DNA from: Eledone cirrhosa
Taxonomy: Eukaryota
Assembly: GCA_964016885.1 (NCBI GenBank)
Contig: OZ024741.1
Location: 200,012,001 to 200,076,000, forward strand
Length of the DNA: 64,000 nucleotides
Direction of reading: 5' to 3'
Positions 40,164 to 53,769 of this stretch are shown piece by piece. Under the pieces are notes generated by a model. The model saw only the letters and a list, made by a program, of their open reading frames with translations. It was not told the DNA's origin and ran no database searches. How positions within the stretch are numbered: position 1 is the first letter of the stretch; every line of letters starts with the position of its first letter. The position numbers and the translations under genes are program-made.

Positions 40164-40352
40164 AACGAAGGTGTTGTGGTAAGGAACCAGATGGACTATA
40201 ACGCACCAGAGTACTCAATACTTAGGGTAGTAGAGTGTGTAATAGGAAAACGTATGACCCCGACGGTAGAGCTCAAGCCGTTTTGATGGCTATTTCTGGA
40301 CTAAATAGCCATCGAAACGGCTTGAGCTCTGCTGTCGGGGTCATACATTTTC

Positions 40353-40354
<2 letters not shown>
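40164..40354. mobile_element. Fold-back element between (TA)n tracts; palindrome 40244-40354 with half-HHRs
   Basis: GAAA-CGGC-uugagcucu-GCUG-UC-GGGG at ~40314-40340 and its mirror; the left tail is shared with ~20808-20868. Confidence 0.8.
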
Positions 40355-40401
<47 letters not shown>

Positions 40402-40764
40402 CGATACTCCCCCACTCTCCCTATATGTGTCCGCATGCGCGCATGCACATACATGTGTGTATATATGCATATGGCTGTGTATGTGTGTGTGTGTTGATAT
40501 GTGTGGGCGAGGGTGTGTGTTGTGTGTGGGCGTGTTCGTGTGTGTATATACATCAATATATATGCGCATGTATACATATGTGTGTGTGTATACATATATA
40601 CAAAGTATTTGTCAGACGAAGAGTGTCTAGCTTTGTATCTCCGTAAGGACTCAACACCACCAACACATCCACCACACCACCACAAACGCCACTACCATAA
40701 ACAACAACACCACAACCACACCCCCACATGCGACAACCCGTCTACCGACAACCCACTAACCTCA

Positions 40765-41320
40765 TACCACAGCCCATCCCAGTAAGCGACCATAACCACC
40801 ATCTCACCATCACATCCACCCCCACATACACTACAGGCCAAGGTCAACCCGCCACCACCACACCACAGCCCATCTCATCCACCGACCGTCACCAACATCT
40901 CACCATCACATCCACCCCCACATACACTACAGGCCAAGGTCAACCCGCCACCACTACACCACAGCCCATCTCATCCACCGACCGTCACCAACATCTCACC
41001 ATCACATCCACCCCCACATACACTACAGGCCAAGGTCAACCCGCCACCACTACACCACAGCCCATCTCATCCACCGACCGTCACCACCATCTCACCATCA
41101 CATCCACCCCCACATACACTACAGGCCAAGGTCAACCCGCCACCACCACACCACAGCCCATCTCATCCACCGACCGTCACCAACATCTCACCATCACATC
41201 CACCCCCACATACACTACAGGCCAAGGTCAACCCGCCACCACCACACCACAGCCCATCTCATCCACCGACCATCACCAACATCTCACCATCACACCCACC
41301 CCCATATACACTACAGGCCA
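40765..41320 (+). repeat. 96-bp C/A-rich minisatellite, ~5.8 near-identical units
   Basis: GGCCAAGGTC recurs at 40836, 40932, 41028, 41124 and 41220. Confidence 0.95.
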
Positions 41321-41430
41321 GTACACCTCCTTGATCCTTCCCACCAATCAAAACAACTCATTTTGTCAAACTCTTGAAACTCTGACTTTACCACATAGCA
41401 TGTATTTCATTTTCTTATAGCATTTTAAGA

Positions 41431-41517
41431 GGGTCCGTCGAGCCGCCGATTATTGAGTCGGGTAGGATCGATACAGATCGAACCTTGAGCTGATCAGTGG
41501 CGAAACGCGCGTCACCT
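41431..41517 (+). ncRNA. Hammerhead-like ribozyme, variant core CCGUCGA (copy B)
   Basis: GGGU-CCGUCGA-GCCGC..GUGGC-GAAA-C-GCGC-G-UC-ACCU, then AAUAAA at 41521. Confidence 0.6.
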
Positions 41518-41689
41518 ATCAATAAATGCAATGAAGGAGTAAATAATCGTCCTTGTTATCCTTTCAATATAATACACTCTGTATAGCTCTACACCTCATC
41601 ACAGAAGTGAACCTAAACATCGAGTGCTCTCCTGGGCGAACCTGCAGTAACTCCAAGTTACACCCCCTGGATATATATATATATATAAT

Positions 41690-42675
41690 CATCATCATCA
41701 TGGTTCAATGTCCATCTTCCACGCTTGCATGGGTTTGGACGGGAATTTTCCCACTTGAGGCAAGATTGGTTGTCTTGCTCAGGACTGTCTCGCGGGTTTT
41801 CTACGGCTGGATGCCATTCCTAACACCAACCACGTTTACAGTGTGGACTGGGAGGTTTTTACTGTGTTAACTACATGGCCACATTACAGCGTGGACTGTG
41901 TGTTTTTTTGTCGTGACACCTACACGACCTCATTTATTTCGGACTGGATGTTGTGGTACCGACATAACTTTATATCGAAAGGGGTGGTGTGGATAGGGTG
42001 GGGGTATTGGGACTGGGGGTGTATTTTTATTAAGAGGTGCCTACTGACTGTAGGTTTCGCTTTGTACTTAGGCAAGGCGGGTCTTCTGTATTACTGTGTA
42101 GTGCCAAAGATCTCGGTGCAGTGACATTGTCTTGGAGAGGTGTAAGTGTGTGAGGTCGGAATTTATCAAGTCGTCCCAGGTTTTTCTGGGTCTGCCTACT
42201 CCGTGGCTACCGTCTATTTTTATCGCCCTGCACTTTTTTATACAGCTGTCGTCTTTCATGCGCATCACGTGACCATACCAACGTAGTCTTCTCTCGAGTA
42301 AACATCATCTGATCCCTCTTATTCCTAATTTCACCCTTAGTTCATTTATGCTTTGCCGTTCACGTATATTACTATTACACATCCAATGGAGCATGCAAGC
42401 TTCGTTCCTCTCCAGTCTGCGTATATCCTCTGCACACAATGCCCAAGTTTCACTGCCATGTAACATCGCTGTTCGTATGCAGGCATCATACAGCCTGCCT
42501 TTCATTTTTAGAGAGAAACCTTTAGCGGCCAATAGTGGTATAAGCTCTCTGAACTTTTTCCATCCCGTTCTGACTCTAGCTACTGTACTTTCAGAGCACC
42601 CTCCACCACTGCTGATTTTGTCACCCAGGTAACGGAAGGTGTCCACTATTTCTATAGAACCATCTGTGCAATGGA
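41690..42675 (-). mobile_element. RTE LINE 3' fragment followed by a SINE-like tail ending in (ATG)n
   Basis: FRYLGDKISSGGG..GWKKFRELIPLL..MLHGSETW, GRPRKTW. Confidence 0.9.
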
Positions 42676-43399
42676 TATATATATATATATATATTGAATT
42701 GTATATATATATATATTATATATATATATTATATATATATATATAGAATTGTATATACAACAAACTTCTGCGCAGTGTCTGTCTAACAAATTTCACTCAC
42801 AAGGCAAGGCATTGGTCAACTCAAGGCTATAGTAGAAGATCCGTGGTGCCAGGCAGTAGGATTGAACCCAAAATCACATGGTTATAGTACATTTGGCTTG
42901 CTTAACTAATTTTGACTCTTTCTATTTACATTCTAAGGTGATCAGAACGTCAGATGAAATGCTTTGTGGTATTTGTTCCAGCTCTCTGTACTCTCTGAGT
43001 CAAATCCCACTGAAGTCTACTTTGCTTTTCAACTTTTCAAGGTTCTTACTCTCTCTTTCTCTCCCCCTCTTTCTCTCCTTCTCTGGAAGAAATTGACTGA
43101 GTTCAGACCTGGAGAGGAGATGGACTCTATCAAGACATGATGTATGTTACTATGGCACCCCTATAACTCCATCACGAATTATGGGTCCATATATACATAC
43201 ACTTATTTTCTCCCGTCACACCCAAAAAATAACTCTGTCTGAACAGTATAGTCAAATGTTTGAGGATCGAAGGTGAACCGAAGGAAAAGAAAAACAAAAA
43301 AGACCACAACAAACAACAAAAAGAAAAACAAAAAAGACCACAACAAACAACATATATGATTTGCAAGATCCTCCTGCTCCTCCTCCTCCTCCTCCTTCC

Positions 43400-43810
43400 A
43401 CTTATTCTTGAAAGGGTGGTGAGGGCAGATTCCTCAACCATGCCTGCCAGAGGGTCCTATCAGAAGTAACTGTCTCCAAATGATATAGTCGGGTCCTTAA
43501 CCATTTTGTTCATGGTCTACCTTGTTGGTTTTGCCCATAAAATCAGTCCTATGATTCTTTCTTTAGACATTCTAATCACATGTTTGTAGTAGTGGAGCTG
43601 TGACCTTATCTCCTGATGCAGAGATCTGGCTCTACCTGAAATGACTCCCTGATCTCTGAACTATGCACTCTATTAAGCAACATTACTCCATAGACCCTTC
43701 AGAGGAACCTCATTTCAGGCACTTGTATTCACCTTACCCAAGATTCATGACCATAGATAAGGGTAGGCATAAATATGGAATTGAATTGAAGATAGCGAGT
43801 TTTTCTCCTG
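43400..43810 (-). mobile_element. Decayed RTE LINE 3' fragment
   Basis: Homologous to 50880-51453 (aagattcatgaccatag, gaagatagcgagtt). Confidence 0.7.
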
Positions 43811-43955
43811 GCACCGATCTTTATATTCAGCTTGTGAATGCCAAAGCTGAGGCAACACCACTAATATTTTCAATTTATTGTGACATTTTGGCACAAGTAA
43901 AATGCCAATTTATCATTGATTGATTGTTAAATTGAAGCAGTAGTAGTAGTGGTGT

Positions 43956-43995
<40 letters not shown>

Positions 43996-46298
43996 GGTGG
44001 TAGTAATAGAGTTAGTAGTAGTAGTAGTAGTAGTTACCACCTGTAATCAAAGAAGCTATATAAAAATTAGTTTTTAGCAGCTCTTCAGAGTGTAGCCAAT
44101 CATTTTCCAATCTTCATCTTATATATAAAGCTGGAAGATATTCAACAGACACACGTCTCCTTAGCAGAGCAATTACTGACAAAATTGCCTCATTAAACTG
44201 ATTCAAGTTCATATATAAAAACAAATAAAAACGTTTATTGGGTAATAACAAATAAAATAAAATAAGATAATTGGATTAGATTCAAAATTTTAAAACTCAG
44301 CTGAAAGATTATTTTTGCATTTAAAAAAAATCAATCATTACCTATATTTTAAGAGTTACACTTATTTATTCCTGAAACATAAAATAAGTAAAGATTGTGA
44401 CAGGCAATACTGAATTTACTTTTTATTTAATACTTGAAATTACACCCTGAGTGAAATAAAATACTGTGAAGGCATTTTTGTGACTTTTATTTGCAGACAT
44501 TGTAAAATAAAATCCATACTCATCTATACTATTTTACATTGCTTCTAAACATTTCTATATGCAGTATTCTCCACTCATCTAATTGTATACAATCTTGTTG
44601 ACAAAATGAACTCTAGCCAAACTATTCTACACAGAATATCGTTCAGACAACTCTTATAATTTAAAGAATACCAAAACTCTACTTTATATGTTAATTCTAC
44701 ACATCCAACTTTTCACGATTCTTACAGGTGATGATGTACTAAATATTTGTATAGACCTGTAACACCTGATAGAGTTGTGGGTGAGGCCTGTTGGGATATA
44801 TGGCACTTTAAACTTAGTGGAGATCATCTCTACTCCAGGTCTGAACACAGCCTATTTCTTCTAGAGAAGAAGAGACAGAAAGTGAGAGAGATGAAGTGAG
44901 AAAGAGACATATTGGGAGAATCAACGTTAGTACTGGACTCTTCTTCTTCTTCTTCTTTGCTCTTGCTCAATGGGACTGGTGTCATCCTAAATCAGCAAGG
45001 TATCTTCATACACAGAACCAACCAGGTCCACCAGTGCCCTCTATTGCTGATGGTTCCATGCCAGCCTGGCTGCATCCTCCAAAGGATGTCAAGCTTCTGG
45101 AGATCTTCCTTAATCACATCCAGCCATCTTATGTGGGGCCTGCCGCAGGGCCTCTTCCAGCCCACAGCTGATGCATTGAATGAGTGTACTGAAATAGTAC
45201 TTTGTTTTTAGTGACCCCAAAAGGATGAAAAGCAAAGTTGACCAAGGTAGGGTTTGAACTCAGAGAGCGCAGAGAAATAGAACAAATACCACAAGGCATT
45301 CTATCCTATGTTTTAGTGCCTTTGCTAATTCACCACCTCTTGTGCTAAATAATGTATACAAAAAATATCATAATGAGTTAGAATTTACTGTTTAGTTAGA
45401 GAAAAAAAAAAACAAATACCCAGTGACAGTTGTTAGTGACTCTCAAAGAAAGGGAGAGATAATTTCAAGAAATTAAGAATATATTTCTTTAGTGAAATAT
45501 TGAATTTTATTTTCACAGTCTACTATACATAAACAGTTCTGTACAGCTTACTTTCCATAAAGAGGAGTTTTCAGCTGAGTGAATGACCTCTCTAGTGCTG
45601 GAGCCACAAAAAATGCATCCAGTACACTCTATAAAGCGGTTGGCAATAGGAATGGCAAACTGCTGTAGAAACCATGTCAGGAGGACATGTCAGTTGTGTC
45701 AAAGACACAACATCCTCTTTAGTGTTGGTAACATGATACAACATACTTAGTGCACTCTGTAAAGTGGTTGGTGATAGGAAAGTCATTCAGCTATATGAAA
45801 CCTGCCAAACAAAGGCTGGAGATGGTGGTGGTGGTAGTGGGTGCTCTCCAGCTGTGTCAAACACATGCAAACCACCCTAGTGTTGGTCCTCTGGTAAAAT
45901 GTATTCAGTAGCGTTTAGGAATGTATGTGGGTGAGATGTGGACACCTGGACCATATGATGATGATGAGGATGATAGTGATAATGATGATGATAATGATGA
46001 TGATGATAATGATAATAATGATGATGATGATTCAGTATACTTCACACGGCCAACTAATTATAATACAAACCAATCTATACAACATTGAAGACTTAGGTTT
46101 CATAAAATGATATATATTTAGAATAAGGATTTTATTTCAATAGGAACAAGGAATCTACGATTTTCCCTTCATCCTTGCTGTAGAAACCATACCAAAAGTG
46201 GAACTATGTTAGGAAGATATGATCCCTAACCTATCTGACAGGACACTAGGTCAGACAAAATACTTGGTTTCTGATAACCTGTCAAACCCATGTCAGAC

Positions 46299-46350
<52 letters not shown>

Positions 46351-47620
46351 GGAGGAGGAGGAGGAGGAGGAGGGGAGAGGAGGAGGATGAGAAAGAGGGT
46401 GTGCACTGTTTTAGAGAAAAACACAATGTCAAACCTCCTAATGTTCTCACCTTTAAAACTTTCCTACTCTATATTTATACAACACATTAACATGAAAATA
46501 GAAGAGCAAATACTATTGTGTAAAAATTATAACTTCCACAAAGTTTGAGCTTTGTCCTGATTTTCATTCCTGATCAAAATAAATTCAACCCACTTTTGCT
46601 GCTAATATATCAGAAAATTATATTCCTTTCATTTATATTAGTTGTGTTGTACCTTTCATTCTTTTTGCACACCCTTCCATCAGTACCCCTCCAGCATGAC
46701 ACACTGAGCACCCTGGATTTGTAATGAGGTAGTACTGGTGCTATGATAAAAAGCACCCAGTCTACCCTGCATGGTGATAATGCTAGTACCATGATGAAAA
46801 GCACCCATTCCACCCTGTAAAGTAAGTGTCAGAGTCATGATAAATTACTCCCAGTACATGCTACAAAATGGTTAGCACACTAGCAAGTTGTAGTCTCCTA
46901 ACTAGTCTAACCTCAGTACATGACAGTCTGTCTAACTCATGCAAGCATGGAAAGTAGATATTAAATGGTGATAATTATGATGATGTACAAGAGCAAGAAA
47001 TCAATATTATAAAAACAACAGAGGATGAAGACTTCACAGTGCTAGACATTACAACATTTAGTATTAACTCCTCAGCTCTGAGATCAAATACTGCCAAGAT
47101 CAGCTTTGTCTTTCAATCACTCTGTGGTCAATAAAATTAAGTGCTAAAAAATCAATCAATTCAATTATCAATCAAAGTTGCTGTATATCTGCTTAACAAA
47201 TCAATATTATAGAACTAACAGCTGCAAACTCTCTTTGTTGGAAAAGAAGCATATTTTTCTGATAAATAAAAGAACATGATTCAGTCCCTGTCAGTTGTTA
47301 TTCTTACCTTTTAATATCCTGTAATGATTTAATAGAAAATATATAAAAGCAGGTCTCTTCATTCAAATGTTTATAATATCTTAACCAGTAAACTAAAGTA
47401 AAGACTATAATTTTTAATATGATGAAGTCATAGTGTTGTTTTATACTTTTCAAGAATGTCTTGCTAATGTGTTTTTTTTTTGGACATTAAAAGTTAAGCT
47501 AGTTGTTTAGTGAAAATAGTAAGATTAAATCCATTTGTGGTCAACTTTGCTTTCCATCCATCTGGTGTTGATAAATTAAGTACCAGTCATATACTTCAGT
47601 CAGTTTAATTGACTATATCA

Positions 47621-47805
47621 CAGGACCATCACCAGGCTTTGGGGATCAGGGGTGGGCTTCGGTGCTCAGGGGTGGGCTTTGGAATATTCTGGGTGGGCAT
47701 TTAATTCACAATAATTCTAAGAAGCCTATTACCATAATTTTTTCTAATTCTGAGGGCGTACCATTGTGCCATCCAGTGTCTATAACTTCCATGGTGATAA
47801 GCCTG
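47621..47805. mobile_element. hAT-like MITE
   Basis: TIR CAGGACCATCACC / GGTGATAAGCCTG; 8-bp TSD ctatatca/ctataaca. Confidence 0.6.
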
Positions 47806-47909
47806 CTATAACACACCCCTATAATCTGTGCAAGTAGCAATATGAAACATTAATAGCTGAGCAAAAAAAAAAAAACCCCAAAAAACGAAAATGGGAATGG
47901 CAAACTTAC

Positions 47910-48019
47910 AAAGTTTTAACACTTTCAGGAGGCCCTTGAAGCTGTCCTATAACTGTCCCACGTTTCGTATTCTGAACCCAGCCAACACAGTTGTTGTTCA
48001 TGGCCATTTCTTGCAGATG
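47910..48019 (-). CDS. ACYP: Acylphosphatase, internal coding exon
   Basis: Acceptor ttttctattccatag; HLQEMAMNNNCVGWVQNTKRGTVIGQLQGPPESVKT(L) carries the GWVxN..GTV.G..QG signature with the catalytic Asn; donor GTAAGT; 110 bp, phase 0 to 2. Confidence 0.95.
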
Positions 48020-49171
48020 CTATGGAATAGAAAATACAAAAATAATTCAATAAAAATAAAAATAAAAATAAATAAATAATAAAACAAACAAAAATAATAA
48101 AACAATTACAGATTTTTCTTTAAGATGTCTACAGGAAAGAAATGAACGAATGTATTAATCATCCCATTTGTAATTGATATGACTGAAATTATATGTAACT
48201 ATTTCTGTGAAGAGATTGATAGGCTACTTAGAAAAGAAAAGAAATAACTTTGTTGCAGAAAGTAGAATTACAAGCATCAGTAAATAAGGGTGACCAAGTT
48301 GTCAACCTCCTTGCAGTGGGCCCTGGAAACTGATCACAGACCTCAATGGAGTGAATGGCAACAATTTAAGACAACAACAGTCGCAAGAAGAAGAAGAAGA
48401 AGAAGAAGAAGAAGAAGAAATACTGTTGGGGTATTCTTATACACCAATATGATAAAATGGAATGTTTTCATGCATTTTCCTAATTCTTGTTGATGTAAAA
48501 AAAAAAAATTCTTTATGTAACTCTTGAATACATATATTCCAGCAACAAGTACTTTAGTTGTTTGAAGAACAGACCAGCCTACTTGTGAAATTAACCAGCA
48601 TGTGGCAAAGCTTTCCACAGATCCATGCACCTTTAACATAGTTCACAGGGAGATTCAGCATGACACAATATGTGGCAAGGCTGGCAATTTAAATTACAGG
48701 TACAATTTATTTTTGCTGGTTAAGTAGAAGGGAGCAGCATGAAACAAAGGTGTTCAACACAGCGTACCACTAGGAATCAAACTTACAATGTTATGAGTTA
48801 ACCAGGATTGCATAAATGCGTATATCAATGAAATATTGCGTATATATACATGTCAATTTTAAGTATTTTCATGTAAATTAAAAAAAAGAAAGAATATTTC
48901 TAGTGGGTTTTCAACCATTATTGGGGCCTCATCAGAAGATAATTACATCAGCTCAACAACCACAAGGAAACACATAATTGATGGACTTATAGGAGAATCA
49001 CTGAAATTGATATACTAATTGACCACATTGCAAAACTGGTAGAGAGCTGTGAAACCTGAGCTGCAGTCTTGACTCAAGACTGCAGCTCAGTCAAATAATG
49101 ATGATGATAATTAAATTTGCACTAAGCAACTTTGTTATAATTAATGTAGAAACTAAATATTATTTATTCCA

Positions 49172-49568
49172 GAGCGGTAGATTGGCAGTATCGGTAGAGA
49201 GTCGGACGCCATGCTTTCCAGCATAGTTACGTCCCTCTACGGTCTGAGTTCAAATCCTGCCGAGGTTCACTTTGCCTTTCATCCTTACGGGGTCGATAAA
49301 ATAAAGTACCAGTAATGCACTGGGTAATTTCTGGCCTTGTGCCAAAAGTAGAAACAATTATTTATTCCAGAGCGGTGGATTTGCAGTATCGGTAGAGGGT
49401 CGGACGCCATGCTTTGCAGCATAGAGTTATGGCCCTCTATTATATGGATTAAAATCCTGCTGAGGTTAACTTTATCTTTCATCCTTACGGGGTCGATAAA
49501 ATAAAGTACCAGTAATACACTAGGGTAATTGCTGGCCTTGTGCCAAAAGTAGAAAAAATTATTTATTC
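49172..49568 (+). mobile_element. Two tandem Meta-domain SINEs
   Basis: Two full units separated and flanked by attatttattcc. Confidence 0.9.
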
Positions 49569-50581
49569 CTTCTGTAAAACAAAAAGTTATGTACCCTTTG
49601 GCAGAAATATATAGAAAAAACAGTATGAAGTAGATTAGGATTGAAGAAAAATATCCCCTAAAGTTCTTTTATTCAGTCAGTAGACTGTGGCCATTCTGGG
49701 GGCACCATCTTATTTTATCAATTTCTTTTTTGTCAAACCACTAAGGTACGAGACATAAACACAGACACTGAGTGACACACACACTTATATATGTATATAT
49801 AAAGTATAGAAGAAAACACTTGCCTTAGGTAACATGCAATGGGACTGAACCAACTGGTTGTGATCTGAATTTCTTAATCATTCAGCCATACCTGTGTCTA
49901 TGAGGAAATAACTACATAGGGTGATTCAAGAAATCTCATTCACAACTTCCAATTACTCTCAGCAGCAGGTGTAGTTGTCGAGGATTTCATGCCATCACAA
50001 CCATTTCTCTTTCCTTTATATTAGTTAACACAAGCCAATGAGAGAGTCTCAATGTGGTTACTCGACTTACTAGAAAAAGCATCCATCTCATTTGAATCTC
50101 ATTTAAATTAAATTCTATTGTCTTAAAGAAAGGAAGGACATATTGGCTACTATAATTCTAGATATACTATATCTGAAAAAAAAAAGGTGGAATGGTCAAC
50201 GAGGGAAAGTTTTGATCGTAGTCCAAATGGATCAGTTATGATCTGGGGTTATCAGTTAATACTTTTATTGTCCACTGGTTTTCTCAGTTCCTTTTTTCAC
50301 TGTAGTTACTGCCAGACAAAAATTCAGGAGGAATCTTCAGCTGTGTCAAGAGTATGATAATCTCCCTAGTGCTGGTGCAATCATAAAATGCACTTAGTAG
50401 AGTGTGGGAATGCATGTAAGTGAAATGCAAGCCCCTAGCATATCTCAGCACTCAGCAGAATGCAGGAACATAAGTAAGATGCAGAACTCCAGCTCATGTA
50501 AGAGGTTGGTTTGATTACTGATTCAGTCTGTAATTAATTATCCAACCCTTGTTAGTAGGGAAAATAAATGTTAAATGCTGC

Positions 50582-50613
<32 letters not shown>

Positions 50614-50879
50614 ATGATAATTACTATATTTTTTACTTAAACTTCCCCCAACATTAATTATGTTACCTAGGTAGTAGAAACTAACTTAAAGCAAGCTATA
50701 TATTTCATTATATGGATGGATACCTTTGATGTTATCCAATTGATAGACAGATGAACGATCTTTGGTTGTCGTATACTAGAACAAACAGCCTTTCTCTTAC
50801 AAGTCAATAACAATTAAATAAATCATTCTTCTTCTTCTTCTTCTTCTTCTTCTTCTTCTTCTTCTTCTTCTCTCACTTA

Positions 50880-51453
50880 TTCCTGAGAGAGTCTTGGGGG
50901 TTGGGTTCTCCTTCCAGTGGGTCCTGTCAGAAGCAACCATTTCCAACTGACCCAGCTGGAGCCCCAAGCAAGACCAACCATGAATTTTATCCAACCATCT
51001 TGCTCATGGTCTACTCCTGGGTATTCTGCCAGTTGGTTTTGCCCATAAAATCTGTCCATCGATTCTTTTCTGAGACATTCTAATCATATGTCCATAGTAT
51101 TGGAGCTGTGATCTCTCAATTGGGTGAAGTAACGGCTCTACTTGGAGTGACTCTCTGATCTTCGAGCTACACACTCTATTGAGTAACGTTACTTCAAAGA
51201 TCCTTAGGAGGAACCCCATTTCAGCTGCTTGTATTTGCGATTGTATTCTTTTGGTCATTACCCAAGATTCATGACCATAGGTAAGGGTTGGCATGAATAC
51301 CAAATTGAAGATAGCGAGTTTGGCTTTAAAACCTACCTCCCTTCTGGTTAGTGAATGCTGAAGTTGGTACACTACTGCGCCAGCTCCTGCTATTCTTGCA
51401 CTTAATTCAACGTCCAGCCTTCTATCACTTGTAAACACGGCCCCAAGATACAA
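50880..51453 (-). mobile_element. RTE LINE 3' fragment ending near a (GAA)n tract
   Basis: YLGAVFTSD..PTLTYGHESW..IQAAEMGFL..YYGHMIRM. Confidence 0.9.
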
Positions 51454-53065
51454 TGTTGTAATTCATATCAACATCATTTATTATGTTGTTATGATGCTTA
51501 AGATTCATGGGGAAAGAAAGAAAGCTATTTTCTATCTTTCAATTTAATATTTTCTTATCTCATCGTCATCATAATCCCCCCCCCCCCCTCATCATCATCT
51601 TTATCTTTATCATCATCATTTTCATTATTTAATGTCTGTTTTTTTTTTTGTCATCTAATGATCCCAAATACTGTTATCTATATATATATTGAATGACACT
51701 TTTTGATAAAAGAAAATATAATATTCCTTTACAAAGACACTCAATGTTGTCTTTCACTCACAAGAAATACAGGGAGGCTTATAGACCCCACTCCCTTCAG
51801 ATATAAATTAAGGGCATAGATATGGCAACTGAATGACCACATACAAATTACAGACATGTATTAGACTTCAGTTCTAACATTGGACTCTCTATTATGAATA
51901 CCTCCTTCCAGCATAGAGACGTCCATAAATATACATGGTATAAGAGGAATCAGGGACAGATATCAATAATTGATTTTGTATTCTGTGTTGGATATTTCTA
52001 GTGAATATGTTAAAATTATTTATTAGTTAACTGAAATAGAGTGTATTTCATTAGAAATATGGTAACAAAACTTTAAAGGGAACCTGGAGTAATATCTGCC
52101 ACAAATTGAACCTAAAGCAGAAAATATAATCAATTTGCCCAGTTAAGATGCCAAATAAGGAAAAGAAACATACCAAGAGTTGCTAAAATTGATATACACC
52201 TGGACTCACAAGGGAAACTAATGTTTGAGATTGATTCTAATGCTATCAATAATGGGGAATCTTTTGTTAGCTCCCTTTCAATTCAGCAAAAGCAAGCTTA
52301 GAAATATTTAATGGAGTTCATTAATATGAGTAAAAACAACTAGAAATGGTGACTCATACACAACTAAGTGATCATCTGAGAATACTAATGGAATATCTCA
52401 ACAGTACTGGAAACTAAATTGCACGTCAACTTATAAATCAGATAGGATCAAATAATAATAGGAAAATCATCCAAGTCACAACTCAAATTACATTTTTACA
52501 AGTAGTTTTACATAAAAAGCAATAGGCCTTGACAATATCTTCCCATAAGAGTTAAAATATTTTTGACCTGAAGAATGAATATGTCTATACAAACTCTCTA
52601 CCACCTGAAATAGATCCTGGATCTACAATATAAAACTACTTATTTTAAAGTGTTTATATTTATTTAAACCCTTCCATCATAATTGCTTTCTTAAGTTAGT
52701 TCCAAACATTAGCTTAATAATGAGAAAGTTTGTTATATTACTAAATCCTTCCAAATAATTTGAAAATAATGGGTAGAGTCAGATAGAGTGCAGTATACAT
52801 TCTGGCTCTCTGTCTCTGCTCTCTTAGTTCAAATCCCACCAAGATCAACACACATAAAATGACCAAGGTGTTAGGTAAAGCGAAGGCAGTTGCTCTTTTG
52901 ATCTCACTCAATATGTAGAAGAAGAGTTTGAATAATAGAAAATTACAGGAACAAGATTTGTTGATTTCTTTACAGCTTAAGATATAGCTTAGTACTTTTG
53001 TTTTTAAAATATATAATACAATTTAAGAAATGGTATATATCTCACAAAATTCATCACCTCTATAA

Positions 53066-53258
53066 TAATTGTTTCTACTTTTGGCACAAGGCCAGCAATT
53101 ACCCAGTGCATTACTGGTACTTTATTTTATCGACCCCGTAAGGATGAAAGGCAAAGTTAACTTCGGCGGGATTTGAACTCAGAATGGCAAGGGCCGTAAC
53201 TATGCGTCAAAGCATGGTGTCCGACCCTCTACTACCGATAATGCCAATCCACACCGCT
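53066..53258 (-). mobile_element. Meta-domain SINE
   Basis: Reverse complement of the 21940 family; TSD ctataataat. Confidence 0.9.
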
Positions 53259-53760
53259 ATAATAATGAACGATTCTTTGTGATGCTGAATATCAAGAGGC
53301 ACTGCATAAGAAATTATGACCTGGCTCCACTTTTGTTTAACATGTACCAAAAGATGATAATGCCAGCCATTGTAACTATGTTGCTGATTTATGCTAGTAT
53401 GTCAACAACATACTGACTGCCAGCACTTCTAAAGATAATAATTTAATAACTAGCATAAACACGAATGGTGTTAACAATTTTTTATAGAGAAGGGAGAGAA
53501 AATATTTCTCCTGCTACTTACTACACAAAGATATGGAATAGTGAATCTTCATTTATTTATTCTTATATTTATTTCTATTGCAATTATGAAGTTAATAAGG
53601 TCAGAAGGCAAATTCTGAAATTGTTCATCCATCGATGTTATAATATTTTGGTTTTAAAATCTTGTAAGTCTTGATTTGAACAGGCAGAAAATGAAATAGT
53701 ATATGAAAAGTGTTCATGTAGTGAGCATGATTATTTTTTACCAAATTAGAAAGACAACCC

Positions 53761-53769
53761 TATCCATTC

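Noticed and set aside
40765-41320. CRISPR-like array or mucin gene
   Set aside because: The units are contiguous near-identical repeats without unique spacers; the context is eukaryotic, no splice support is visible, and the frame is antisense within the ACYP intron.
48890-48940. Minus-strand HHR (CUGAUGA-GGCC..GGUU-GAAA)
   Set aside because: Stems I and III do not pair convincingly; at best a decayed relic.
48020-53760. First coding exon of ACYP
   Set aside because: No VQGV.FR-encoding segment with splice sites was found by eye; a micro-exon cannot be excluded.
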